This document shows positions 26,801 to 39,500 of a stretch of 64,000 nucleotides of DNA, one piece after another; within the stretch, counting starts at the first letter, position 1, and each line of letters begins with the position of its first letter. The translations under genes and the position numbers were made by a program. This DNA is from Neoechinorhynchus agilis (Eukaryota > Animalia > Acanthocephala). The notes under the pieces are model-generated. The model searched no databases. It was not told the DNA's origin and was given only the letters and a program-made list of their open reading frames with translations. The stretch spans positions 19,311,081 to 19,375,080 of the forward strand of contig CM121341.1 in the NCBI GenBank assembly GCA_051530055.1, read 5' to 3'.

Positions 26801-27673
26801 ATTAGCATTCCGTCTTACGGGATTGTCGGATGACGACTCTAGCCTCCTCTGGGTCATTCGGGAGTCCAATGAGTTTTTACTTTGAGATCCCTGACGTCTC
26901 GCCCAACCAATATACTCTTTGAAGGCTGCACAGTTCTTTGAGAAGGCGCAATGTCCATCACGATTGCAGTTGGAGCAGTGACGTTACTTTCTCTCGCACT
27001 TTGAGCTCTGATGATCTTGGCCACAGAAAGCGCATCTCGTTATTTTGGACGGGCACTTTTGCTCCCAATGACCCCAACATTGGCAAGCGTTGCATCTCGG
27101 AAAGTGAAAGTCGTCATGGTGTGATATCTCGTTTGCTATGAATTTGACTTCCATTGATTGAAAAAAACATCGTTGGGGGCATAGAGCATCCCTCCGTTCG
27201 ACCTCAGCTTTCACAATTGCATTGGGAATGCACTTACCCGTCCTCGATTTCAGGAAAAATAGAATTTTAACTCCAAATTTCTCCTCAAAAGCTCTCTTAT
27301 CTGAATCATCGCTATCCGGTGAGAGTCCTGAAACCATAAAGGTTGAGTCGTAGCTCGTGTTAGCGATTGAAACTCCTGCCAAATCGCAGTTCTTCTTTGT
27401 GAAGGTTAGGTAAGCCTTGACGAAATCCGCGGTCATGAATTTGATTTTCAGAATACCTCCAAAATAACTAAGGGAAGAGATTCGATGAGTGTCGTCTCTA
27501 AGAGATTTGAGCAATGGCGCCAAATAACGTCTGTGTAGCTCTTCTCTGGATAGAATCGGCGTAGATTGTATTTTAATCGTATTGGGCCATTTCCTAGACG
27601 GCACCTCCACGAAGTTTTTGTTAGTTTGTTCGCTGAGAATTTGAACCCGGATGTCCGGAGGCACTGGGATTCT
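23895..27673 (-). mobile_element. LINE-like module B (gag, APE, RT), near full-length with frameshifts; homologous to but highly diverged from module A
   Basis: Three Cys/His knuckles (CNACQCWGHWEQKC, CAFCGQDHQSSKC, CSNCNRDGH); IAQWNAGG...FIQETK...GDFN; CHGFLPGKS...IDISKAFDNI...GVPQGSPLSP...YADDL. Confidence 0.88.
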
Positions 27674-27836
27674 CAGGGGTTTCTCGATCACATCGCATGA
27701 TAATAACGAGTCCTCAGGATAACACTGGTGTGCTTGTATTTTAGATGATAGGTCTTGATAATGTCGGAATTATCCGACGAAATATCGGCAATAAATCTAG
27801 GAATTTACATCCAAGTGTGTATAACTACCAAAAAAA
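27674..27836 (+). repeat. Right 160-bp inverted terminal repeat (pLTR-like) with hammerhead fold at 27742-27799
   Basis: Identical to the left arm plus 3 extra A. Core 27755-27761, stem II 27763-27778, GAAA 27779-27782, predicted cleavage after C27786. Confidence 0.92.
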
Positions 27837-27851
27837 GGAAAAGAAACTTAC

Positions 27852-29790
27852 GTTGACTTTATCAATTGAATCAACATCTTCGCCTTTTTTGAGTTTACGC
27901 CTTGTAAATCAGTGATTTTTAGACTGCAATTGTACTTGTTTGTGAATTAAAAATCTTCAAGTTGACCATAAGGATTTTCATTATCAGTTTTCTATAAAGC
28001 TCTGCATTTTTCAATAAGATAAAACACTTGCAAATGGCTCGAAAAAAAGTTCTTTTCGCCAAATTAACAACTTAAAGGATGAATGGTTGCGGATTGTAGT
28101 GCTTTTTTATTGCGATTGGCCACTTCTGTCAAACATACTTTTGTATATAAATTAGTGCGGAAACCATATTCGTTTCGGATATTCCTTATCGAGTTTAAGT
28201 CATTACAACCCTTATGTTCAATCAGGAACATGGCGCAAAGCGTATACATCGCTGAATTTTTGAGCAAAAAGGTTAAATACTTCCTGTAAATCAACATTTT
28301 TCTCAATGTTTATTCCCATATAAATAACTTCGGAGAATCTTCTGTTTCTGAAAAGGTCATCTTATCTTCTTAGATATAGCAAAAGAACTGTAAGGTACGT
28401 TTCTGAGGCCGGCTTAAAGGTGGTTGTTGGATCTTTTAATTTTTATATTTGAAAATTATGCCATTTACAACCTCTTCTCCTAATCGTAAATATCGTTGTC
28501 CAATATTTTTTATCTACGGTGTTGACTACCGGTCCATTACCACGAAATTCAAACACGTGATTGAATATTATATGTAGAATATGGAATGGAGCTAACAAAC
28601 CATCATGAATTACAGTAACTATTTCCTTTTGAAATTCAAGAAGTCTAAGAACGTTCAAGCGTTCTTGCCTCTTGCATTAAATATCAAAAAAATCGTTTAG
28701 AACAATAGATCTGTGGGCGTTTACTAATTTTTGAAAAGCTTGAATCTTTCAGTGCGATTCTACATTTTTAGTCATATTTTCCATTCCGCTCTTTTGCGAG
28801 CGATGTCGTATAAAAAATGTTCCAGTTGATCAAAGTGTGGTTAAAATTTCGCTGTTTTTACATTCCGATGCATACTTACGAAAGGTACATAATTTGAAAG
28901 GCATAACAACTAAGAAAACAACGTTATAATAACTCAATTGTGCAGAAATGATAAAATCTCCCATAATTAAGCGAACTCCTACACATCGATTGTTCGCGAA
29001 CAAGAGATTTTATACATTTTAAAACGCAAGACTCCTTAGCACATCGGTTTGAAATCGTGAAATAAAATTTATCCAATAATAAAAAATGGGCAACTCCGGA
29101 AATATCAGTCATATCTTGAGGGTTTTGGTCTTTCTTAAGTAACTAATTATGAATATTTCTTCTTTTAAGCTTCAAAATTCTACACAAATCCGTGATTCTC
29201 ACAATATTTGTTTGTTATATCGATCTTCGTCAAGCAGAGAATAGCGTAAGGGTCAAATGCAAACTTTTGATGGAGATACTTTAGAGCCTTAAACCCATAT
29301 TTACTTCCCAAGTTAGTAAATTCTACTTTATCAAGCCCAGATGGAGGCTTAAACGCAAGGAGAGACTGTTGTAGATAAATCCAGATATTTTATGCTCGTT
29401 CTTGATGCTCATGTTATCGAATATGCCTAAAAATACGCCAAGACTTCGGCATTGAAAAAAGATATCAAACCATTGAAATGACTGTTTATCAGCATTTTGA
29501 ACATAAATTCACGCTTGTTAGTGAATTTCTCGGGAAACAAAAACTCACTGAAGTATATCTTTGTAAGATCTCGCTAAACAATAGTACCCAAATCATTTCT
29601 TATTTTAATGAGTCCTGTTTGGGGCTGACATTCTAGGGCGATCGTTTTGCTCGGCATATTATATACAGTAACATGGGTGGGCTTGCCGTCACCCGTCTCA
29701 CAATCATACAAGCAAACTTGAGATGATTTTGCAACCGTAAAACTACCTTCCTCACAAACGTCCATATCCAATCCTTTCTCTACCATCGGA
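27852..29790 (-). CDS. Probable multi-exon gene of unknown function; may continue at ~18040-17940 across the composite insertion
   Basis: Several protein-like segments separated by GT-AG-like short introns (e.g. IWIYLQQSLLAFKPPSGLDKVEFT..., NVDLQEVFNLFAQKFSDVY, RKLKKGEDVDSIDKVN|gtaagt). The exon structure is not fully resolved. Confidence 0.35.
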
Positions 29791-29933
29791 TGGTTCCGAA
29801 GCTCTCATATCTTTCTGAAGTATTTTGTTAAACAACTCGTTCATTCGAACGCAACAAACCTAAATTGCAAATATGTTTACTGCACTTTTGTTCTTTCATT
29901 TTTATTGTTTTATAATGCACTCAATACAAGTCA

Positions 29934-32753
29934 TTAGCTGAGATTGGCCACGAGTTCTGTGATTTGTTGCAAGACTGATTCCTTCATTTGAAACGGAATT
30001 AAAGCCGCGAAATTGACCAAGGCACTGGCTTGCTCTCTTAATGACCTTCGAACAAATTGGTCAATGTCCGATGATGCTCGCAGAGCATTGAGACATTCCG
30101 CTGCACCTGCCAGAATGTTACCTATGTTCAGTTGAAGTTCCGGCCGTGACCTGGAATTGAAGGTGATAACAGCCGATTGAACGCTGTCAGTACTCAAAGG
30201 AACAATGTTCATCTGACGAAGTCGGGTGAGGGCATTTCTGTACTTTTGTTGAGTAATGTCATCAAAGAATTGGCACAAATCGACTATTGACTTAAGTTCA
30301 ACTTGGTCGACATCTGGGTGTGATTGTATCAAATCACTTGCCATATTAAGAAGCTCCCTACGATTATCTGATTCATCAGACGTCATCATCATGAGCAACT
30401 GTGACAGAAGCTTTGCTGCGTCTTCGATCCTATGAGCTTCTTCGTACATTCTGATCGAGTCTGCGTACTGACTTCCTTGAGCAAATCGATTAGCAGCCAT
30501 CACAATGAGTGTACATGAATCTTCATGTTGACTGAAGAAATGCTTTGCAAGTTGTGGAAAAGTGGAAATGTTGCCTCCTGCTGACCAGGCGGCATTCACT
30601 AGTTCCTCAAATAGTCGTTTCTTTGACACACTCTTTGCAAGTAGAGTTAAGTAAGCAAATGATTGCTCAATAGGAAGTTCACGTTCCTTGCAATAACACT
30701 CGATAAGTCCTAAGAGATTAAGTTTTACTCGGTTTTCGTTGTCAGTTGCTATCAAAGCGCACAAAGGTTTTTCATCTTCTGCAATCAAGTCCAAGCATCC
30801 CAATTCATTGAGATAAATAGCCATATGAACTGCATGAGAGCCTAGAGAAATCCTTTTGGTACACATCTGCTCAATGGCTAATTCGTATTGGGCCGTTAAA
30901 AGAAGTGCCTGGGTGTATATCACAGCATTCACGCGTTCCAGTTCGGGATCAACTTGCTGTTTAATAAAGTACGACTCCCCATATTCTACTGAGATACAAC
31001 GCTGAAGTGATTCGAGCGAGTTATCGCAATGTCCAATACTAATCTGACAGAGTCGCATCCATAAAAAGTCCTCGATCGTTGATGTGACTTCTTGATGAAG
31101 ATTGCTTGGATCGCATGCAGTTATTGAGTGATCGTAGTATCAATGTTAAAATCAGTAAAAAAATCGACATTTTTGCGACCAATGTAAAGCAAGAAAAAAG
31201 GACAAAAATCCATTAGCCTATCGTTTCCTTGTTTTTTAAAAATGTCGTGATAGTAAACATTTCTTCTCTGAAAACTATTAATATCACTTTTGAGAGCTGA
31301 AATCAGTATCTTTGGAATTAAGATTAAAAAAGTTAAATAGCTTAAAAGAGTACATAATTCAATTAATTCCATGTCAGCGATGTTTGATTATGGATTTGGA
31401 TCTTTTGGCGAAACAAAAGTATCGATTTTAACTGCTGACTGCTACAACCTTCGTTTTTCGCCTTAATTTTCCACCAAATATAACGCATCACAAGAAAAGG
31501 TGAAATTGAGAAATTGAAAAAACATAAAGTATATTTCAAAAACTGTTCACAACTTTTTTTTGAAATGTTATTTGAATGCAAACCTGTTCTACGATCCCAC
31601 GTCGTCATAAGATATTATAAAGAAGACTCTTGTATTCCAACTCCACATTTCGAGTAGTTTTATTCATTTTTGAATACTCTCTCGATAATCTTTCTCGAAT
31701 AATTCTTCTTTGGGAACTGTTAACTTCGTTAGTAGACCATCGGAGGCCTTCAATAGCGTCGGCGAGGGCAGGCAACGAAGCGATAACAGCAGCTTCATAG
31801 GCGCCCTGGAAATCTCCGCACCTAATGCAATGGAAAATAAATACATGGGCTGGTAGATTATCAACATGGGGTGGTTGATTTGTTTCGAATCTCCGAAGCT
31901 TTAGAAACGAACGTACAAAAGCAAAAATGCTTGGTTGACCTCCAAGTTTTGCGTTCACGGGATCGGCTTGAACGCATTCGGTGACATATGACAGGAACTC
32001 ATTTTCTAAGTATCTTCTCGCACGATCACAAAATTCTGCACTGCTGGATGGTAGACCCGTTGTTTCAATTAAGATTTTCCACAGGCGTTGGGCTTCACCG
32101 TGCTGAAGGTTTTGTGGAATACTGCGAAATATACTTAGGTCTCCACATCCTCTGCGGCAAGCATCCGCATAAACGGAAACAGCTTGCAAAAGCACTGGAT
32201 CTTCACATTGTTTTTGATCCACGATTGCGTACGAATTATCAAGTTCATTGGCTTGTAAATAAAAAGGAAGGCGCTTGGACTTTTTAAAGCAAGAACTCAA
32301 AGCACTAGCTTGCCATTCACTTTCGTGTTGCCAATAATGAGTTATCAACTCAAGAGCAGCTTCGTCCATTGCTTTCGCGGTCTCTTCTATATTTTCAGCA
32401 ATTTGACGCTCAATAACACTCTGATGATAACGAGCAGATAGAAGGCCCTCTTGTTCTGACATAGGTCGCTTCTCCGATTCCAGGGGCACATTCTGATCAG
32501 AATCGATTTGGTCGATCACTTCCCCTAGACGCTTTATGTCGAAACCATTCGATCCAAAAAACATGTGAGCATTCTGTAAGCGACTTTCGAATTCTTCACT
32601 AGCTTTCTTTATTGGCGACGAACCTGGTTGCACCGGAGTCTTTTTGGCAAGATCAAGACGAAGACTTAAGGCCCGATGGCGAACATCCAGAAGCGATTCA
32701 CCGAGATCGAGGTCTGCATTTAAATCCTTCGCACTCTTTCCTGTTACGGTCAT
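29934..32753 (-). CDS. NUP93: Nucleoporin Nup93/Nic96
   Basis: ARRYLENEF...AKLGGQPSIFAFVRSFL...VFIFHCIRCGD; EVTSTIEDFLWMRLCQI; LLLTAQYELAI...HAVHMAI. Two long exons bridged by short exons/introns at 31060-31600. Likely ATG at 32753. Confidence 0.92.
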
Positions 32754-33851
32754 CGTTGGCAATCTCAACGAAATGCAATCAAGACACGTTTGTTTCCAAC
32801 CCAAATTTATATGAAAGAATTTAAAGATCAGTAGGGAAAACATTTCATTAGAAGAATATAACGGATTGGAAAACGGTGGCCAAGATCCATAATATTCATT
32901 GTTCGTTTCACAACAAAAAACTCGATCCCGATTTCAGCAGCGATCGTGATCAGTGGTCGACTTGTTTAAAAAATTAAACCAAGAAGACGAGAAAAAACAC
33001 GCGTTAGATTGTTCGTTATTGAGCATCCTTTGACGTTCAAGTGACCATCCAGTGATCCTGATTAACTAAAGCAATCTCTTACTATAAACATTTTTTAAGC
33101 TTCGTTGTGTATTAAAATATTCTGCATTTATTGCTCTTCAAAGCTGACCTTAGATTAAGTATTGATAACATAAATCACCAATTCTTTTCTACTTATAAGT
33201 CGACTCGTAACGCTTTTGAATGAACACTCATAACTCGGATCCTAAAAAGAAATGTTCAAAATGAAATCACTGATTTTTACCCGATTCCAGCATCTTAACG
33301 TTGTCGGAGTCGAATACTTTGTAAAGTAAGCGAATACAATTCAGCGGCGAATGCAAAAAAAATGCGTTCTTTTGCTAGAGATGAAAGAGAATTCGCGCAC
33401 TGAGACATGAAACTTAAACGAATTGTTAAAAATTAAAGCGTTAATCCTAGTTCTCCCATCGACAAATTCGAAACGAGTAGTTGTAATTTTGAGTTTTTTG
33501 GTTTTAACTTTTTTAGAGATGAATTAATACGCGGTTTCATTACAAGATCAGCAGACAGAAACGGTTGCTCAAAATGACTCTAACATGTTGATCAATATTG
33601 AAGGTTAGCGTGGGGAGACGGTCTCTAAGGAAAGATTGGATGTGAGAACGGTTACGAAAACGTTTGTGATAAATCGAGAGATCATTGGGTTGTTTGCATA
33701 GTCATAGAACATGACTAAAGGTTGAGGGTTCGGCAAAAAAGTCGTTTAGGAAGATCAGTTAGTCTATCGGCGTTCAACTAGAACAGTTCCTTTTTTACTA
33801 TTCGATGCTTAGTAAATAAAGTCAGTGTTTTCAATCGCGAGCATGCACTAT

Positions 33852-34535
33852 CTAGTCTACATCGTCGTCTTTTAAATTTGCCATGGCAGCCGTTTGAGCT
33901 CGTTGAATCTTTAACCTTCTAATTCTATCTTGTTCTGTAGCTACGCGATTTTTCACGCCTGCTAATCTGAACTTGATCGCATAGCTCTCTTGAACTGCTT
34001 TTCGTAGTGCATCGATCAATGCCGAGGGATTGTTGACGTCGATTGATGACAGATCCTCCGCACTCGATATCGACATTCCATCCGAAATGGCATGAGCTCT
34101 TGCGTTCTTCATGCACACCATTCTACTATGAATCGACCTAAGCTCACTGAGGAGCTCTTTTCCAAGTGCAATAGATAACTCAAATCGTGACCGAGCCTGC
34201 TTCACTTGTTGATCGTTCGAACTTTCGCCCAAAAGTAAACATAGATTGTTTTGTTCACTTCCGGATCGCTTTAATTTCCGTTTTATTTCTGTCACTTCGC
34301 GCTGAATCGTCCAAAGTAGTTCATCTTTATCGTTCTTACTCGCTTCTGGAGTCTCATCCGTACTCTTTACTTCATCAAGCAGAATTGATAAAAGACTCTC
34401 TTTTCGTGACAACTCCGATCTCAGACGCCTAAACAAACAAGACCAATTTTGGTTTTATGAGCGCTTTGAGAATCGGACCTACCTGACATCATCTGTTGAC
34501 AGAGGCGGGTACTTTTCTTGTTTGCTCCGTGCCAT
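33852..34535 (-). CDS. Unidentified coiled-coil protein (2 exons)
   Basis: ATG at 34535 (MARSKQEKYPPLSTDDVR), a GT-AG intron, then ORF RRLRSELSRKE... rich in heptads. Confidence 0.6.
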
Positions 34536-34596
34536 TGTTTCGCTAAATATACAAAAAGTGGAGAACTCGCTGGTGCTTCCTCCACCTTTGCTCTAC

Positions 34597-35380
34597 TTAC
34601 TCGTACTCGGCTAAACTAACAGCGGTAAATTCACTGAACACATTGGACGCGTTGGTGACAAAGAAGCGCAATAGTCGAGATCGCAATCCTAACACGCGTC
34701 CAAATGAACTTATGAGCAGAGTTATATCTGTCTTGTTGAAGTCTGACTGTTCCAGGACGTGGCTCAAGTGAGTGCATACAAGACCAAGAGTGTCTGTCCT
34801 CGATTCACCCATCTTTATGCAACGCCGGACTGACGTTATGATATCACCAATGGCACTACGATCCCAGCTTTCCAATAATCGCACCAGTGAACTTTGGTGA
34901 TCCGCAGAAAGGAGCTCAAGTTGCAATGACTTCAGTATTACACGAACCAGGACGCTCGCTGTCCTGCAATCAAAACTTTCTACACCGTTAATCGATACTT
35001 TTGTAAACAATAACATAAAAGCGCAGTAGGTGGCCATGAAAGGGATATCGGATTTAAAAAAAACACGTATAGATGGGAAAAGGGAGCCACCCAATAAATA
35101 ACGAATCCTAGATGTTACAAAAGAACCCATGGTTACTTTTCAAAAGATCAAACATTCGCGTGTAATCAGATCTTCTGGATAATAATAATGGAGATGGAGC
35201 TCGATTAATAGCCGAAGGTGTCGGTGAAGCATAAATGGACGAATTTTGATCCGTGGATAAAGGACGTGGGGTTTTCCTATAAAGACCTTCATCTTTTAAG
35301 CCGGATCGTTCTATGTGAGCTATTATTGAGCAAGATGATGATATGAGAACTATCTGCCCCCGAAAATCCTTCATCTTCAC
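34597..35380 (-). CDS. RhoGAP-domain protein (divergent; spliced or frameshifted)
   Basis: CSIIAHIERSGLKDEGLYRK (arginine finger motif); DCRTASVLVRVILKSL; TLGLVCTHLSHVLEQSDFNK...LISSFGRVL. Confidence 0.75.
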
Positions 35381-36564
35381 TCTTTTAATTGAAGAAGAAG
35401 CGGCGGTACCTGGATTTCCAGTGAATGATTCTCACATCCACCACTCAGCACGCATCGTCGTGACATTCGATTAAGCCGTTTGATTTTACGTGTTGAAGAA
35501 ACTATCTTTTCGGGCTTAATAATTCAATTTAACTAAAAAACGAACCTCTCGTTCCTTTGATAAACGGTAAACTCTTCTTTCTGTCGATTTGAAGCATTGA
35601 ACTAAGCGAAATTGTTGTAGTAGGTTATTAAAAAAGAACATGGACTAACAAAAACTCATTGAATGAATCCGACGATTCTGGAGGATAATTATCACTCATG
35701 TCCACAAACAACAACTGTAATATATGTTTATATAAAAAGAAATTAATAGTTCCGAATATCGCGGCAGATTTTCAACGCCACATGATGTCATCTTGAATTA
35801 AGATTCTTCCGTCGTTCAAACTTACAAACTGTTTTCCTGCTTCTAAACTTACTGCAATGCTTAATGTAATTCTGCCATTTTGTTTCATTGGAAAGTGTAT
35901 TCATTTTCTTTTATAGGCCGGTTTTCCAATTTATAAAAGTTCCTACGGGAACAACGGAGCCTCTTTATTTCCTGGAAGTGTGACTACTGGGTTAGTTCTA
36001 AGTTGCTGATTTAAGCATTGGTTGTAAAAAGTTCATCTATACAAAGCATCGAGCCGACGTTTCAAGACATTTGTACTTCTCCCTTTTTCGACAATGAACT
36101 TTGATTCCTGAAACTCCAAGAAACAAGTCGCTCTTATGAACCGTATTCGGCCAGGCGAAGTTTCATTCAAGGAGATTACCTCTCTGTCATACTTATAAGA
36201 GTATGCACCATACTGTGGAGATTATGCCTGGATATCATTTTGAGGCAGGAAGCTAGGCCTAGTCCCAAAGCGAGACCAAAGGAACGGTCATCCATTTTTG
36301 TACAAAACGATGGAGCTGGTTCTTTGGGGTCGTCACCATAACTTCTCAAACAATGGCGCGACCAACGTTTTTCTATTGATGTATCCGTTAGTACAGTTAG
36401 TTCGAGTTCTATATGTCATTCTCCAACTGCGATTCTATAAGATTAATCGCTAATACCTGATTGGAAGGCCAATACCTAATTGTTCCGATAAGAAATGTTG
36501 CAAATTAAAGCATTTAGGCGGCATGTTCGGCAAACAGATGAGCTAAAGGCCGGGATTGCCAAAG

Positions 36565-39500
36565 AAACTACTCACACGGATATTGAATAGAAATTTTATT
36601 CTCTAACAATTGATATGTAGTTTTAATACTAAATTGAACAAATATGTTTTAAATGCGCACTTAGCTCTTATCTGCTTCCGAGCATCCACTAGTACTCAAT
36701 GAAATCCCGCATAAATGGCTCGTAAGACGACAATAAGAAACTATTCACTAGGATATTGAATAGAAATTTTATTGTCTAACAATTGAAATGTAGTTAAATA
36801 CTAAGTTGACCAAATATGTTTCAAATGCGAACTGAATTCCGATCTGATTCCGAGCATCCAGTAGTACTTAATGAAATCCCGCATAAAATCAAGGTAGTTT
36901 GTCTCAAAATTGAACAACGAATAACTCAAGAACCATCATGGCTATCGAAAATCCGAATACAGGTTTGGAATCAGCGCGCTAAGATGTACTAAAGATTAAC
37001 TGACTTACTAAACTACAACTGCAATATTCGAAGCGGAAATCGTATTATAATATTTGGTCAAAAGTCACAGGAGTAAAAGATCACTAAATTTGCAAGATTC
37101 ATTAAAATCAGATAACACCATTGAAATCAGCGCGTTAAATATGATAAAAATGTTTTATCATTTCGTAACAACTTACTAGTACTACAGATTTAATTCAGGT
37201 TTATTATATGAACATCAATCCTTAAACTTAGTGTAAAAATTTAACAAGCCACATCAAACCGTAATTGCAGGTTAATTTAGCGTCAAAGGTAGATCTAGAA
37301 AAGTTAATTTTATCTTAAATTTATTGACGTTTTAATATAAATAATCAAGGTAGTTTGTCTCAAAACTGAACAACCCATAACTCAAGAACCATTACAGCTA
37401 TCGCAAATCCGGATACAGATTAAGAATTAGCGCGTTAAAATAGACCAGATTAACTGACCTCCTAAACTACAACTGAAATATTCGAATCGGAAATCGCATT
37501 ATTATATTTGGTCAATAGTCACAAGAGTCAAAGATCACTAAATTTGCAAGATTCATTAAAATTAGATAACACCATTGAAATCAGCGCATTAGATATGCCC
37601 AAAATGTTTTATCATTCCGTAACAACTTACGAGTACTTCAGATTATATTGAGGTGTCTTTTGTGAACTTCAATACTTAAACTAAGTGTAAAAATTCAATA
37701 AGCAACATTAAACCGTAATTGCAGGTGAATTCACCGTCAAAAGCAGATTTAGAAAAGTTTATTTGATCTTAAGTTTATTGACGTTTTTATATCAATAATC
37801 AAGGTAGTTCATCTAAAAATTTCACAACCCATAACTCAAGAACCATTACGGCTATCGCAAATCTTGATACAGATTTCAAAGAAGCGCGTTAAGATGGACC
37901 CAATTAACTGACTTCCTAAACTACAGCTGCAATATTCGAATCGGCAATCGCATTATCATATTTGGTCAATAGTCAAAAGAGTGAAAGATCACTAAATTCT
38001 CAAGATTCATTGATATTAGATAACACCACTGAAATCAGCGCATTAGATATGCTCAAAATGTTTTATCATTTCGTAACAACTTGCTAGTACCACAAATTTT
38101 ATTCAGGTTTCTTTTATGAACTTCAATCCTTAAACAAAGTGTAAAAATTTAAAAAGCCACATCAAACCGTTATTGCAGGTGAATTCAGCGTCAGAAGTAG
38201 ATCTAGAAAAGTTAATATGGGCTTAAATTTATTGACGTTTTAATATCAATAATCAAGGTAGTTTGTCTCAAAATTTAACAACAAATAACTGAAGATCTAT
38301 TACAGCAATTGATAATCCGAATACATATTTGGAATGAGCGCGTTAGGATGTTCTAAATTAATTGACCTTGTAAACTACAGCTGATATATTCGAATCGGAA
38401 ATCGCATTATCATATTTGGTCAATAGTGACAGGAGTGAAAGATCACCAAATTTTCAAGATTCATTTAAATTAGATAAAACCGTTGAAATCAGCGCATTAG
38501 ATATGCTAAAAATATTTTATCATTTCGTAACAAATGACGAGTACAACAGATTTAATTCAGGTAACTTTTATGAACTTCAATCCTTAAACCAAGTTTAAAA
38601 ATTTTAAAAGCCACATCAAATCGTTATTGCAGGTAAGTTGAGCGTTAAAATTCGATCTAGGAAAGTATATTTTATCCTTAAATTTTTTTGACGTTTTAAT
38701 ATCAATAATCAAGGTAGTTTGTCCCAAAATTTAACAACGAATAATTCGAGAACCATGAGAGCTATCGCAAATCCATATAGAGATTTGGAATCAGCGCGTT
38801 AAGGTGTACTAAATTAATTGACTGCCTAAACCACAACGTCAATATTCGAATCGGAAATCGCATTATCATATTTGGTCAATAGTCACAAGAGTGAAAGATC
38901 ACTAAATTTGCAAGATTCATTAAAATTAGATAACACCGTTGAAAGCAGCGCATTAGATATGCTCAAAATGTTTTATCATTTCGTAACAACTTTCGAGCAC
39001 CACAGATTTAATTCAGGTGTGTTTTATGAACTTCAATCCTAAAACTAAGTGTAAAAATTTAACAAGCCACATCAAACCGTCATCGCAGATGAATTCAGCG
39101 CAAAACGTAGACCGAGAAAAGTTAATTTGATCTTAAATTTATTGACGTTTAAACGACAATAAAAACTAATCACAAGGATATTGAATAGAAATTTTATTGT
39201 CTAACAATTGAAATGTTGTGAAATTCTAAGTTAAACAAATATGTTTTAAATGCGCACTGAATTTCGATCTGGTTCCGAGCATCCAGTAGTACTCAATTAA
39301 ATCCCGCATAAATGGCTTGTAAAACGACAATAAGGAACTATTCACTAGGATATTCAATAGAAATCTTATTGTCTAACTATTAAAATGTAGTAAAATACTA
39401 AGTTGACTAAATATGTTTTAAATGCGCACTGAATTCCGATCTGGTTCCGAGCATCCAGTGGTACTCAATGAATGCCCCCATAAATCGCTTGTAAAGCGAC

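Noticed and set aside
18054-27836. DNA transposon (MULE/foldback) with 160-bp TIRs
   Set aside because: No transposase. The arms carry hammerhead, AATAAA and A-run features of retroelement 3' ends, and the flanking duplication is ~15 bp rather than 8-10 bp.
33852-34535. GOSR1/GOSR2 SNARE identity
   Set aside because: Only a general coiled-coil resemblance and no C-terminal transmembrane segment; left unnamed.
36990-38880. tRNA-like TTCGAATC motifs in the 454-bp units
   Set aside because: No acceptor, D or anticodon arms, and no A box.
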